Positions 29,945 through 40,212 of a stretch of 64,000 nucleotides of DNA are shown one piece after another (position 1 is the stretch's first letter; each line of letters opens with the position of its first letter). Location: assembly GCA_951813565.1 (NCBI GenBank), contig OX638351.1, positions 1,888,001 to 1,952,000 of the forward strand, given 5' to 3'. The notes below the pieces were generated by a model that was not told the DNA's origin, made no database searches, and was given only the letters and a program-made list of their open reading frames with translations. The DNA is from an uncultured Poribacteria bacterium. GTDB taxonomy: Bacteria > Poribacteria > WGA-4E > WGA-3G. Made by a program: the position numbers and the translations under genes.

Positions 29945-31222
29945 TCATTTTCTCAACCACAACAAATCACTCCCTTTAGACGGTCGTATGATTCCGACCT
30001 CACTGGCAGGAATTACTCTTTGCTTTACAGGCTCTATTCTTTTTTTCAGTGGACTTTTCGGATAGACAAAGAAAGGGAAATGTTTAACACAATCAGTATT
30101 AAGAGGAATTTTATTTTGGCCTCCCGCCAAGACGATACCAAAAGAAAAAGGCGGAGAAGTTAAGCCAGTAAATAAATCTATCTGACAACCGATATTATTA
30201 TTTTTGATGAAAAAACCAAAATAGTGTTTATGATGTTCTGTGTCCTTATAAACACGATTAGCGTTTACTTCGTTTGTCACTGCTGCCCATACGAACCTCG
30301 AAGACGTGCCACTACCACGACAGATAAAATTTTTGATAGGATTAAACTTTGTTTCATGTCCTGTATAGTTAGGATTGTGATACAAAAAGCAATGAAACGC
30401 GAGTTTTGCGATAGCTCTGCAAAATAATAATTCAGCATTATTATTCATTATGGCTGTAATTGGTTTTCTGAATACTTCTATTGGAAGATTCTTATCTTCT
30501 GCTATCATCTGTTTTGACTCACCTTGTAACGCGTTGAAGAAATCAATGAATTTCTGCTCACCTCTGCCTTCTTCAGGAGATATAACCCGCAAATTATATC
30601 GTGTGCGAGGATAATCCGTCATGAACTTAGATTTGAATACATCCACCGCATTTAGGTAACGGTGTGTTGTCTTTGGTGGGAAGATGTGAGTGTTTCCGAA
30701 TAAGCAGAATACATCATCTTCTTCATCATGAGTATACCAGTTTTCATTCCGTAAACTCTTGGTGTCATACTTTCTGTTGTTTTCCTCAACTACCTCTCTA
30801 CAGGTTTTTCCATCAAGATACTGTGTCAAAATCATCTGCGGCTGTAATGCGATCACCCCCAAATAGTTCACCTGATGATTCATGCTATCGGGTTCATGTA
30901 GAACGATGAGGTCATCGTATACTGGATTTGGAAACAGCATACGTATTGGTTTCACACCTCTGTTTATTTTGTGGTAAGGAGAAGCGTGAACACTTTTATT
31001 TTCTTGATCACGTTCCCTCTGAATTAAGTCAAACAAAAATGCAATGTTAGATCGCTGTGTCAAAACTACATCAAGTTCCCCTAAATCGCTGTTACACTTT
31101 TCACACAAATGATTGTCAATTATCCATTCTGCCGTGTTTCGTTGGCGCAGCGAATCTGGAAACGCATGCTCCCTGTTCAACGATGTTTCTGTTTTACAGT
31201 AAATACACTTTCCAATTTTCAT
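29945..31222 (-). CDS. HNH endonuclease domain protein (HNH_5-like N-terminus)
   Basis: CIYC...REHAFP..L..LCEKCNSDLG; C-terminal RAIAKLAF; AT-rich. Confidence 0.78.
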   Translation of the reverse strand: MKIGKCIYCKTETSLNREHAFPDSLRQRNTAEWIIDNHLCEKCNSDLGELDVVLTQRSNIAFLFDLIQRERDQENKSVHASPYHKINRGVKPIRMLFPNPVYDDLIVLHEPDSMNHQVNYLGVIALQPQMILTQYLDGKTCREVVEENNRKYDTKSLRNENWYTHDEEDDVFCLFGNTHIFPPKTTHRYLNAVDVFKSKFMTDYPRTRYNLRVISPEEGRGEQKFIDFFNALQGESKQMIAEDKNLPIEVFRKPITAIMNNNAELLFCRAIAKLAFHCFLYHNPNYTGHETKFNPIKNFICRGSGTSSRFVWAAVTNEVNANRVYKDTEHHKHYFGFFIKNNNIGCQIDLFTGLTSPPFSFGIVLAGGQNKIPLNTDCVKHFPFFVYPKSPLKKRIEPVKQRVIPASEVGIIRPSKGSDLLWLRK

Positions 31223-31372
31223 CAGAGACTCCTCCTTTCTCTTATTCCTTTTAGAAATTGGGAACCATGATTTTAATATCAGTTTTGTTTAATACCCAAT
31301 TAACATGTTAAGTTGCACTATGGCAAATTAAATAGGACGTAGAAAAGCGTTGTAATTTACCATTTCTGATAA

Positions 31373-31496
31373 CTTACGCAAGCGTGCCAAAAACCTCTTG
31401 GAATATGCTAAACGTGCAGTTGAAATCGCTATTGAACAGAACGAACAGGCTGCTATTGCGTGGTTGGAATCTGTTTCACAGGTGCCAGATGCTTAG
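31373..31496 (+). pseudogene. Orphan C-terminal tail resembling a restriction-system specificity (S) subunit
   Basis: LRKRAKNLLEYAKRAVEIAIEQNEQAAIAWLESVS; family assignment from recall only. Confidence 0.45.
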
Positions 31497-31806
31497 CGTG
31501 TGTCCCTTCAATCACCAGAGGATTCTTAAGAGCGTTCAACAAAGAGCTGAACGTATCTAATAATCGTGTAGCATCCTCATTAGAGAACATATTTAAAAGC
31601 GTTTCGGTATCAATACCAGTTCGTTTGCAAATTTCAACAACTCCACCTTGTGATTCTATAAAGACCCGAAGCTCCTTCAGGAAGAAGGGCAGATCGCCAT
31701 CAGCATGGTATTCTTCCAATGTCAATTGGAGATAGTTAATTGCTGCCTCCGGATCATCAGCAAGTCTTCTAATTTGATACTCGCGCCAGCTCCCCATTTC
31801 TCTCAT
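31453..31806 (-). CDS. HigA-like addiction-module antidote protein (HTH)
   Basis: LADDPEAAINYL, GGVVEICKRTGI..ETL..MFS; directly downstream of the toxin. Confidence 0.8.
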   Translation of the reverse strand: MREMGSWREYQIRRLADDPEAAINYLQLTLEEYHADGDLPFFLKELRVFIESQGGVVEICKRTGIDTETLLNMFSNEDATRLLDTFSSLLNALKNPLVIEGTHAKHLAPVKQIPTTQ

Positions 31807-32137
31807 TGATGTGTCTCCTTATATTCCCGCCAATAGGTTTTTGCGATTTCAATATCCCCTTGTTGTGATTTCCTATCCCCACCACAAAGCAAATAACAAT
31901 ATGAGAAGTAAGCGTGCCAAAATAGATCCGATATCCTGGTCCGTAGTTTATTCTCAGTTCATATAAATCGCTACCCAACCTTTTACAATCACCGAAGTTT
32001 CCCTCTTGTAGACGTGCAATTCGTCTCTGAATGTTTGCGCGTGTTCTTTTATCTTGGAGTTGTGTCAACCACTGACGGAACGGGTTACGTCCTTCTGGTG
32101 TGATATAGTTCCTGACCTCTCTGGCAATGACTTGCAT
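31803..32137 (-). pseudogene. RelE/HigB-family addiction-module toxin, frameshifted
   Basis: GRNPFRQWL..RIARLQEGNFGD..LYELRINYGPGYRIYF; one T missing at 31891-31893; the corrected frame gives LLCGGDRKSQQGDIEIAKTYWREY and an ATGA overlap with the antitoxin. Confidence 0.8.
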
Positions 32138-32190
32138 ATTTTGTAAGTATAACACATCTGCACGGCATTTTCAAATTATGCATCTTGAAG

Positions 32191-32285
32191 GGGTGTGTAA
32201 AGTTTTTGTAGAAATCCGCCCTACAGTGGAAAACGCCGCGTAATCATTGCAAATTGAACCTATGTAACCAAATATTTACACACCC
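32191..32285. mobile_element. Short MITE-like element, TIR GGGTGTGTAAA...TTTACACACCC
   Basis: Perfect 11-bp TIR; single copy in the window. Confidence 0.5.
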
Positions 32286-32342
32286 TGCTAAACAAATTTT
32301 CTTGACTTTTCCACCAATTTGTGATACTATTAATTGGGTAAC

Positions 32343-32491
32343 TATGGTAGATTTTAGAATTAATTGAATCTGTGGACAAGCGAGGTTAGGAAACCTCGCC
32401 TACCGGTGAATGTCCGAGGCGCAATGAATTGCGCGACTACAAACGGCGTAAATTCTAAGAAGATGTTCACTTGATTTTATAATTCACTATA
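32343..32491. mobile_element. Degenerate TATAGT-family MITE with two REPs, between a promoter and tRNA-Pro
   Basis: Ends TATGGTAGATTTT/AATTCACTATA; contains GCGAGGTTAGGAAACCTCGCCTAC and the GAGGCGCAATGAATTGCGC REP; TTGACT-17-GATACT lies just upstream. Confidence 0.55.
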
Positions 32492-32501
32492 AATTTGAAA
32501 A

Positions 32502-32575
32502 CGGGGCGTGGCGCAGCCCGGAAGCGCGCTTGAATGGGGTTCAAGAGGTCGCTGGTTCGAATCCAGTCGCCCCGA
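32502..32575 (+). tRNA. tRNA-Pro (GGG), CCA not encoded
   Basis: Acceptor CGGGGCG/CGCCCCG, anticodon arm CTTGA-ATGGGGT-TCAAG, T-arm GGTTCGAATCC. Confidence 0.96.
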
Positions 32576-32660
32576 TTTTTTGGGTGTTGAAGCGGATTGA
32601 TATACCGTTCGTTGCCCATTTTCAGTTAATAAGAATATCAGAAAAGAGGCAGTTGTAGTC

Positions 32661-33983
32661 GTGGATAAATCGTGTATCAATGTAGGAATTTTAGGATGGG
32701 GAACAGTCGGCACTGGTGTTTCCAAGATTCTGATAAATCAGAATACGCTCATATCCAAAAATAGTGGCATCCAACTATGCGTAAAAAAAGTCGTAAAACG
32801 GACACTTCCTGCTTCGCGAGAGGGGATAGAACTTCCCGCTGACTGTCTAACTTCCGATCCTGCTGAAGTTGTTGACAACCCAGAAATTGATATTGTCGTA
32901 GAGCTTATCGGTGGCATTTCCGAAGCACATTCACTCATTACTCGTGCGATTCAAAACGGTAAGCACGTTGTGACAGCAAACAAAGCTCTCTTGGCAGAAC
33001 ATGGAGGTGAGTTATTCCAATTAGCGAAGAAACATCAGGTGAGTCTCAATTTTGAAGCAAGCACAGCGGGCGGCATACCAATTATCAAAACGCTCCAAGA
33101 AAGTTTCACGGCTAATCAAATTCAATCTATCTACGGCATTGTTAACGGCACTTGCAACTATATGCTGACTGAAATGAATGAACGTGGTGTTGATTTTGCT
33201 GATGTGCTTACAGATGCCCAAGAGCAAGGTTTTGCTGAAGCGGATCCCACACTTGACGTTGAAGGTATTGATGCTGCCCAAAAGTTAACACTTCTCATTG
33301 CGCTCGCCTACGGTGTGAATCTCTCAGTTGACCAATTTCATGTTGAAGGTATCACAGACATTTCTCAGCAAGAGATTCAATATGCACATGAACTCGGCTA
33401 TGTAATCAAACTGCTTGCTATTGCGAAATTAACCGATGACAATCGTGTGGAAGCGCGCGTACATCCAACACTTCTGCCAGAACGAAGCCTATTAGCAAAC
33501 GTTGGCGGCGCATTTAATGCTGTCTGTGTTATCGGATCGGCTGTCGGCCCAACACTTTTTTATGGACAAGGGGCAGGTGAAATGCCTACTGCAAGCGCTG
33601 TTGTGGCAGATATTATTGATGCTGCAAAATCTATCCAGTGGGGTGTGAGTTCACCAATCTCTCAAGCATGGCTTTCGAATTCGGAGACTGAAATTACTGT
33701 CTGTTCTATTGACGATATTGAGACACGCTACTACCTCCGCTTTGTCGTTATTGATCGCCCAGGCGTTTTGGCAAGTATTGGCAACATATTAGGAAACCAT
33801 AATATCAGTATTGCTTCAGTTATTCAAAAAGAGCCTCACGGCACCGATACCGTTTCACTCATGATGCTAACGCATAAGGCACGAGAAAAAAATATGAAAG
33901 CCGCGCTTAAGCAGATTTACACACTTGAAGTTGTCAAAGGCGACGCGAAACTTATTAGAATTGAAGAAGAAGTAGCCTTTTAA
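32661..33983 (+). CDS. hom: Homoserine dehydrogenase with C-terminal ACT domain
   Basis: [53 protein letters not shown]. Confidence 0.95.
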   Translation: MDKSCINVGILGWGTVGTGVSKILINQNTLISKNSGIQLCVKKVVKRTLPASREGIELPADCLTSDPAEVVDNPEIDIVVELIGGISEAHSLITRAIQNGKHVVTANKALLAEHGGELFQLAKKHQVSLNFEASTAGGIPIIKTLQESFTANQIQSIYGIVNGTCNYMLTEMNERGVDFADVLTDAQEQGFAEADPTLDVEGIDAAQKLTLLIALAYGVNLSVDQFHVEGITDISQQEIQYAHELGYVIKLLAIAKLTDDNRVEARVHPTLLPERSLLANVGGAFNAVCVIGSAVGPTLFYGQGAGEMPTASAVVADIIDAAKSIQWGVSSPISQAWLSNSETEITVCSIDDIETRYYLRFVVIDRPGVLASIGNILGNHNISIASVIQKEPHGTDTVSLMMLTHKAREKNMKAALKQIYTLEVVKGDAKLIRIEEEVAF

Positions 33984-34000
33984 GTCCACCAGACAAAACA

Positions 34001-34618
34001 ATGAAAGACACGTTAGTTTTTGACGCAAGAAACATTCGAGACGGGGTCTTCAATAATCATGAAGTAGAAATCCTAACCTCGCAGCTTGAATTGGATCTTG
34101 ATGATGTCCAATTTATCAGTCCAGTGCGGGGCACCGTTCAACTACTCCGTCACAGCGAGGATAATATTTACGTCAAAGCTGAAGTATTCACGGATATTGA
34201 AATGCAATGCGGTAGATGTCTTGAACCTTTTGAGGAAGACGTCACAGCAACTTTTGAGCTGCAATTCACGCCAGTTCGCAACCCCGAAGATATAAAATCT
34301 GAAGGAGACGGAGAACGCTACTATGATGGTGAAACGTTTGACATCTCTGAAGATGCCCGACAAGCATTGGTAATCCAGATACCAATTTGGCCTCTCTGCT
34401 CACAGACCTGTGAAGGCTTATGCCATGGATGCGGTGTAAATCTCAATGAAGAGCATTGTACTTGTCAAAATACAGATAAAATTGAATCTGAAACGCCCAG
34501 TGTAAATTCACCTTTTGCAGTGCTCCCACAGTTATTAGAAACAGCGAAATCGGAGAACAAATCCAAATCAAAAAATCGTAAGGAGATAATTTCTAAAAAT
34601 GGCACATCCAAAACGTAA
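34001..34618 (+). CDS. yceD: YceD/DUF177 family protein
   Basis: CGRCLE and LCSQTCEGLCHGCGVNLN..CTC; upstream of rpmF. Confidence 0.88.
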   Translation: MKDTLVFDARNIRDGVFNNHEVEILTSQLELDLDDVQFISPVRGTVQLLRHSEDNIYVKAEVFTDIEMQCGRCLEPFEEDVTATFELQFTPVRNPEDIKSEGDGERYYDGETFDISEDARQALVIQIPIWPLCSQTCEGLCHGCGVNLNEEHCTCQNTDKIESETPSVNSPFAVLPQLLETAKSENKSKSKNRKEIISKNGTSKT

Positions 34619-34787
34619 AACATCAAAATCGAAAAAAAGAATGCGTAGAAGCCATCATGCACTTCGGAGCCAAGTTGTTACAGGCTGCTTATATTGTGGA
34701 GAAATGATGGTTTCACACCGAGTCTGTCCGCATTGTGGGCACTATAAAGGGAGATCAGTTCTAAAGTCTACAGAAGAACAGTTGTAG
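34599..34787 (+). CDS. rpmF: 50S ribosomal protein L32 (Zn-ribbon type)
   Basis: MAHPKRKTSKSKKRMRRSH, CLYCG..HRVCPHCGHYKG. Confidence 0.96.
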   Translation: MAHPKRKTSKSKKRMRRSHHALRSQVVTGCLYCGEMMVSHRVCPHCGHYKGRSVLKSTEEQL

Positions 34788-34872
34788 GTAAGACACCAGC
34801 GTCTCAATTCTCGCCGATTAAGCCTTCACACTGTGTTGATTCTTCTAAATCGGCTAAAAAGGATTTTTTAGC

Positions 34873-35862
34873 ATGGATCGATATACAGCAATCATAGGGA
34901 CGGGTTCTTATCTACCTGAAACCGTTTTAACCAATTCTGATCTTGAAAAGATGGTAGATACCAGCGACGAATGGATTCTTCAACGCACAGGTATTGCTGA
35001 GCGACGAATCGCCGAAGACGACATCGCCACTTCGGATCTCAGTGTGCAAGCGGCACGATTAGCTATAAAAAAAGCACAAATTGACCCACTCGAAATTGAA
35101 ATGATCCTCGTTGCTACCGTTACACCCGACACATTTTTTCCATCAACTGCTTGTTATGTGCAGAAAGGGATCGGTGCTAAAAACGCGGCAGCAATGGATA
35201 TATCCGCTGCATGTGCAGGATTCTTATATGGGCTTGATTTAGCAAATGGCTTGATTGTATCTGGACAGTATGATACTATACTTGTAGTCGGAGGCGAAGT
35301 TTTTAACAATATCGTTGATTGGAACGATAGAAACACATGCGTCCTCTTTGGAGATGGGGCAGGCGCTGCCGTTGTCCAAGCAACTGAAGAATCGAAAGGA
35401 ATTCTCGCCTCTTACATCGGATCTGATGGGGATTATGCTGACATTGATCTACTCGGTATACCCGCTGGTGGGTCCAGAATGCCGGTAACATCAGAGGCAA
35501 TTGATCAAAAACTGGATAAAATTCAGATGAATGGACGCGAAGTTTTCAAACTTGGGGTTCGTCTCATGCCAGAAGCAGCACAACGCGCCCTAAGCAAAGC
35601 AAACCTCAGTGTTGAAGATATTGATTTGTTAATACCGCATCAAGCAAACTTGCGTATTATTGAAGCGGTCGGCGATAGGCTCGGTGTGCCACGAGAAAAG
35701 GTATATATAAACGTTGACAAATACGGCAATACCTCAGCAGCAACGGTAATCATCGCATTAGACGAAGCAATCCAGGATGGACGCGCAAAACCGGGGGACC
35801 TGATATTGCTCGTAACTTTTGGTGCCGGCCTGACATGGGGAAGTACGCTTTTAAGATTGTAA
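34873..35862 (+). CDS. fabH: 3-oxoacyl-ACP synthase III
   Basis: AACAGF, LFGDGAGA, PHQANLRI, YGNTSAA. Confidence 0.96.
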   Translation: MDRYTAIIGTGSYLPETVLTNSDLEKMVDTSDEWILQRTGIAERRIAEDDIATSDLSVQAARLAIKKAQIDPLEIEMILVATVTPDTFFPSTACYVQKGIGAKNAAAMDISAACAGFLYGLDLANGLIVSGQYDTILVVGGEVFNNIVDWNDRNTCVLFGDGAGAAVVQATEESKGILASYIGSDGDYADIDLLGIPAGGSRMPVTSEAIDQKLDKIQMNGREVFKLGVRLMPEAAQRALSKANLSVEDIDLLIPHQANLRIIEAVGDRLGVPREKVYINVDKYGNTSAATVIIALDEAIQDGRAKPGDLILLVTFGAGLTWGSTLLRL

Positions 35863-35903
35863 ACTGCACTAATTGTTGTTACGTGCCAGATTTAGGTTTC
35901 ATT

Positions 35904-36070
35904 TATAGTAAAATCTAAAACATGTGAACACTCCCTGGTAGATGCGGTTTCCCGCCAAATACCACACGCGTATTTGGCGTTGATTCACTGTATCTATGAG
36001 ACTAAACAAACACCGGTTCGGTTGGGAAACTGAACCTACCACAGTGTCCAAATAATTATTGGTTCCTATA
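35904..36070. mobile_element. TATAGT-family MITE between fabH and fabD
   Basis: TATAGTAAAATC left end; right end TGTCCAAATAATTATTGGTTCCTATA resembles the reverse complement of the 17610 end. Confidence 0.7.
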
Positions 36071-36085
36071 AGCGCCACAGACAAA

Positions 36086-37024
36086 ATGACGCAAATCGCC
36101 TTTATTTTTCCAGGACAGGGTTCACAGAAAGTTGGTATGGGATCGGAATTGGCACAGACTCACGCAATTGCCAAAACCGTTTTTGATGAAGCAGATAATT
36201 TCTTAGAAAGGTCATTAAGCCAACTCTGTTTTGAGGGACCAGCAGCAGAATTAAAACAGACAGAAAACACACAACTCGCTATTTTAACGTGCAGCGTCGC
36301 TACGTTGCAAATTCTCACACAATTGGGGGTTGTACCGAAGATTGTAGCAGGCCATAGTTTGGGGGAGTATTCCGCGCTTGTAGCGTCTGGCGTTCTTGAA
36401 TTTGTGGACGCGTTACAATTGGTCAGTGCCCGCGCACAGTTTATGGCAGAAGCGGGTAAAAAACAGAACGGCACAATGGCAGCAATCCTTGGCATGGAGG
36501 CAGCGCAGCTTGAACACTTCTGTGAGAGGGTTGATGGTGTGGTGAAGATCGCCAATTACAACTGTCCAGGACAATTGGTAATTTCAGGGGAGGTTGATGC
36601 GGTTAATCAGGTTGTCGCTCTTGCATCTGATGTAATTGGAGCGAGAAGATGTCGTCCCTTGCCTGTCAGTGGTGCTTTTCATTCGCCACTGATGGAATCA
36701 GCGCAACAAAAGTTTCAAGATGTGCTTGACTCGGTAAAGCTAAATCCACCGCAAATTGATATAGCGATGAACGTAACAGGCGAGTTTGCAACAAATACGG
36801 ATGACATCAAACACTTACTCTTTCAACAGATAACACAACCTGTCCAATGGGAAAAGACACTGCACACTATTGAGGAAACCGGAATCACAGATTTTATAGA
36901 GGTTGGACCAGGACAAGTTTTATCTGGTTTAGTGAAACGGACACTGCCCGAAAGTACTGCCTTGAACGTTGAAGATGTTGAGGCACTTTCACTCGTGACA
37001 GATGAATATGGAAGTGGTGAATAA
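36086..37024 (+). CDS. fabD: Malonyl-CoA:ACP transacylase
   Basis: FPGQGSQ, GHSLGEY, ANYNCPGQ, VSGAFHS. Confidence 0.96.
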   Translation: MTQIAFIFPGQGSQKVGMGSELAQTHAIAKTVFDEADNFLERSLSQLCFEGPAAELKQTENTQLAILTCSVATLQILTQLGVVPKIVAGHSLGEYSALVASGVLEFVDALQLVSARAQFMAEAGKKQNGTMAAILGMEAAQLEHFCERVDGVVKIANYNCPGQLVISGEVDAVNQVVALASDVIGARRCRPLPVSGAFHSPLMESAQQKFQDVLDSVKLNPPQIDIAMNVTGEFATNTDDIKHLLFQQITQPVQWEKTLHTIEETGITDFIEVGPGQVLSGLVKRTLPESTALNVEDVEALSLVTDEYGSGE

Positions 37025-37789
37025 ATGGAACAGCGTGTTTTTATAGAGGATATGCTGAATGGAAAAACCGCAATCGTAACAGGTGCGTCGCGTGGTATTG
37101 GTGCAGCAATCGCCCACAGACTATGTGAAGTCGGTGCAAACGTCGTTATCTGCTCGCGTTCTATTGAAAGTGTCTCCCAAACCGCCACTGCGTTGAAAGA
37201 CAAAGGCTACACCACGCACGCAATGGCAGCCGACATTTCCAAAAAAGAAGATGTTGAAACGCTTGTTGAAGAAACACTCGAACAGTTTTCGCAGATTGAT
37301 ATCCTCGTGAACAACGCTGGAATTACACGGGATATGTTGCTGATGCGTCTCAAAGATGAAGACTGGGATGCTGTTTTACAGACAAATCTAACCGGAACGA
37401 TGTATTGCACCCGCGCTGTTCTTCGTCCTATGATACGCCAAAAAAGTGGGCGTATTATCAATATCTCGTCAGTTATCGGATTGATGGGAAATGCAGGACA
37501 AGCGAGTTACGCTGCAGCAAAAGCTGGCATCATAGGTTTAACAAAAACGACTGCAAAAGAAGTTGGTACACGGGGCATAACTGTAAATGCTATCGCCCCC
37601 GGATTTATTACAACCGACATGACAGCGCAAATACCTGAAGAATTTCAGAAAAAACTGCTTGAACTTATTCCATTACAGAACTTTGGCACGCCAGAAGATG
37701 TCGCAGACGCTGTCTGCTTTTTGGCATCCGATGCCGCCCGTTATATCACCGGACAAACCTTTCAGGTTGACGGTGGCATGGTGATGTAG
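37025..37789 (+). CDS. fabG: 3-oxoacyl-ACP reductase
   Basis: TGASRGIG, NNAGITRD, GNAGQASYAAAK; operon context. Confidence 0.95.
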   Translation: MEQRVFIEDMLNGKTAIVTGASRGIGAAIAHRLCEVGANVVICSRSIESVSQTATALKDKGYTTHAMAADISKKEDVETLVEETLEQFSQIDILVNNAGITRDMLLMRLKDEDWDAVLQTNLTGTMYCTRAVLRPMIRQKSGRIINISSVIGLMGNAGQASYAAAKAGIIGLTKTTAKEVGTRGITVNAIAPGFITTDMTAQIPEEFQKKLLELIPLQNFGTPEDVADAVCFLASDAARYITGQTFQVDGGMVM

Positions 37790-37981
37790 CTTATATCTCT
37801 AAATTCTGTCAATAGGCAGCAAAATTTGTATTCTTAATAGTTGGCTTACCGTAGGGACAGTTACTAAAAATATGGGACTCTCCCTGCAATTAACCTTGAT
37901 TTTTAAATTAGGAGCGGACCCGGCAATCATTCAATTGTCGTTGATTTATCCGCCCGTTTGATAGGAGATTAAAATAAAGAA

Positions 37982-38215
37982 ATGGCTACGAACGAAAAAC
38001 GACTTATTGAAATTATTGCCCACCAACTCGGTATTGACGCAGATAACGTAACACCTGATGCTTCATTCATGGAAGACTTGGGAGCGGACTCGCTTGATCA
38101 AGTTGAATTAGTCATGGCACTTGAAGAGGAATTTGACCTTGAAATCCCTGACAGTGATGCTGAAAAGATACAAACTGTTCAAGATGCCCTTGATTACCTT
38201 GATGAGCATGTATAA
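37982..38215 (+). CDS. acpP: Acyl carrier protein
   Basis: DLGADSLD phosphopantetheine site, MALEEEF. Confidence 0.97.
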   Translation: MATNEKRLIEIIAHQLGIDADNVTPDASFMEDLGADSLDQVELVMALEEEFDLEIPDSDAEKIQTVQDALDYLDEHV

Positions 38216-38298
38216 ATTCACATAATTTGACACATCTCTTGAGGGCGTGTAGCCGAAAACTGCTGTCCTCTTGACTACTTAAGAAAAGGATCGGTCTC

Positions 38299-39537
38299 GT
38301 GGAGCGTGTAGTTATTACAGGAATCGGAGTTGTCAATGCGATTGGCAATACGAAAGAAGAATATTGGGATGCGCTTGCTGTCGGTAAAAACGGAATCGGA
38401 CCTTTAACCTTTTTTGATGCAAGCGAATATCGGACTCAGATCGCCGCTGAAGTAAAAAACTTTGAAGCGGAAAAGTATCTGGATAAGAAAGCTGTCACCC
38501 GTTTTCCGCTTTTCATTCAGTACGCACTTGCTGCTTCAATGATGGCGCATGAGAATTCGGGTATAGACTTGTCTGAAGTTGATCCCTATCGCGCAGGAGT
38601 CCAAATCGGTTCTGGTGTCGGTGGCATCGGTGTGCTTGAAGAAAACGCAGCAGTACTTATTGATAAAGGTCCTAAACGCGTCAGTCCATTTCTTGTGCCA
38701 TTTATGATCATTAACATGGCATCGGGACAAGTGTCTATCCATTTTGACCTCAGAGGGCCCAGTTCTGCGTCTGTCACTGCTTGTGCAACTTCTAACCATT
38801 CCATGGGTGAATCATTTCGCTTGATTCAACACGGATATGCGGATGTGATGTTTACAGGTGGTGCTGAATCAGCGATTACACCATTGGCTGTTGCGGGCTT
38901 CTGTTCAATGCGTGCAATGTCCGAACGTAACCATGAACCTGAACATGCTTCTCGTCCATTTGACAAAGAACGCGATGGGTTTGTTATGGGTGAAGGCGCG
39001 GGGGTTCTTATCCTTGAATCACTATCACATGCCCAAAAACGTGGTGCCTATATCTACGCTGAGGTAGTCGGTTTCGGAATGACTTCGGATGCGCACGATA
39101 TGGTGAGTCCACCCAAAAGCGGTGAAGGTGCAGCTAAAGCGATGGAATTTGCGCTTAGTGATGCAAAACTGCCGATAGACGCCGTTGATTATATCAATGT
39201 ACACGGCACCTCTACGCCAATTGGCGATGTTGCCGAAACTAACGCTATTAAATCCCTCTTTGGTGAACGCGCCTACAAAATTCCGATTAGTTCTACTAAA
39301 TCTATGGTTGGACATCTGCTCGGAGCAGCGGGTGCGGTGGAACTTATAGCCTGCATAGGTGGTATGGAAAAAGGCTTTCTACCACCGACTATTAACTACG
39401 AAGTGCCGGATGAAGAGTGTGATTTAGATTACATTCCGAACGAGAGTCGTGATGCCAAGATTGAAGTAGTGCTCTCCAACGCCTTCGGTTTCGGCGGACA
39501 CAACACCTCTATCGCTATCCGCAAATTCTCCGGTTAG
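38299..39537 (+). CDS. fabF: 3-oxoacyl-ACP synthase II
   Basis: [46 protein letters not shown]. Confidence 0.96.
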   Translation: MERVVITGIGVVNAIGNTKEEYWDALAVGKNGIGPLTFFDASEYRTQIAAEVKNFEAEKYLDKKAVTRFPLFIQYALAASMMAHENSGIDLSEVDPYRAGVQIGSGVGGIGVLEENAAVLIDKGPKRVSPFLVPFMIINMASGQVSIHFDLRGPSSASVTACATSNHSMGESFRLIQHGYADVMFTGGAESAITPLAVAGFCSMRAMSERNHEPEHASRPFDKERDGFVMGEGAGVLILESLSHAQKRGAYIYAEVVGFGMTSDAHDMVSPPKSGEGAAKAMEFALSDAKLPIDAVDYINVHGTSTPIGDVAETNAIKSLFGERAYKIPISSTKSMVGHLLGAAGAVELIACIGGMEKGFLPPTINYEVPDEECDLDYIPNESRDAKIEVVLSNAFGFGGHNTSIAIRKFSG

Positions 39538-39539
39538 CC

Positions 39540-40088
39540 GTGTCTCTGTCCACTTCTTACCATTCAAATTCTGTGCATTCAGCATATATTGGCTTTGGCA
39601 GCAACATCAACGATAGACTTTCGTATATTGAGGACGCTATCCACGCCTTATCGCAAGCGGAGGGAATCACCTTACAAAAGATTTCCTCCCTCTACAAAAC
39701 CGCCCCGGTCGGATATGAAACGCAGGCAGATTTTCTAAACGGTGTTGTTGCAATCAAAACCAGCCTTTCCCCTCACACCTTGCTGCACACCTTAAAACAG
39801 ATCGAAACCGACGTTGGTAGGCAACACCGCGCCCGCTGGGGGCCGAGAGAGATTGACATGGATATTTTAATCTATGGAGATATCTGCCTGCAATCCCTCT
39901 ATCTTATTATCCCGCACCCAGAGATGCATCTCCGCCGCTTTGTGCTTGTCCCGTTAGCTGAAATCGCTCCAGATGTTGTCCATCCTGTTTTCAATGAAAC
40001 TATCCAAACTTTACTTGAGCGTCTTGAGGATGATAAGTCCGTTGTGAAAAATAAAGATTATGATTTTTCATCCTACCCACCATCTTAA
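39540..40088 (+). CDS. folK: 2-amino-4-hydroxy-6-hydroxymethyldihydropteridine pyrophosphokinase
   Basis: [39 protein letters not shown]. Confidence 0.94.
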   Translation: MSLSTSYHSNSVHSAYIGFGSNINDRLSYIEDAIHALSQAEGITLQKISSLYKTAPVGYETQADFLNGVVAIKTSLSPHTLLHTLKQIETDVGRQHRARWGPREIDMDILIYGDICLQSLYLIIPHPEMHLRRFVLVPLAEIAPDVVHPVFNETIQTLLERLEDDKSVVKNKDYDFSSYPPS

Positions 40089-40212
40089 TCAAATTTTATC
40101 GCACAATCTGTCAGTTTGTGCTACCTGTCCCTGTCAAACACTCTTCTTTTCTTATAGACTTCCATACTGCAATCTGATATAATTCCTTCAACGACTTAAG
40201 GAGAGTAGAGAG

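Noticed and set aside
29700..32575. Integrated prophage or island at tRNA-Pro
   Set aside because: The accessory genes lie 5' of the tRNA, with no integrase and no duplicated tRNA end seen
32477..32725. 82-aa minus-strand ORF
   Set aside because: Antisense to tRNA-Pro and the start of hom
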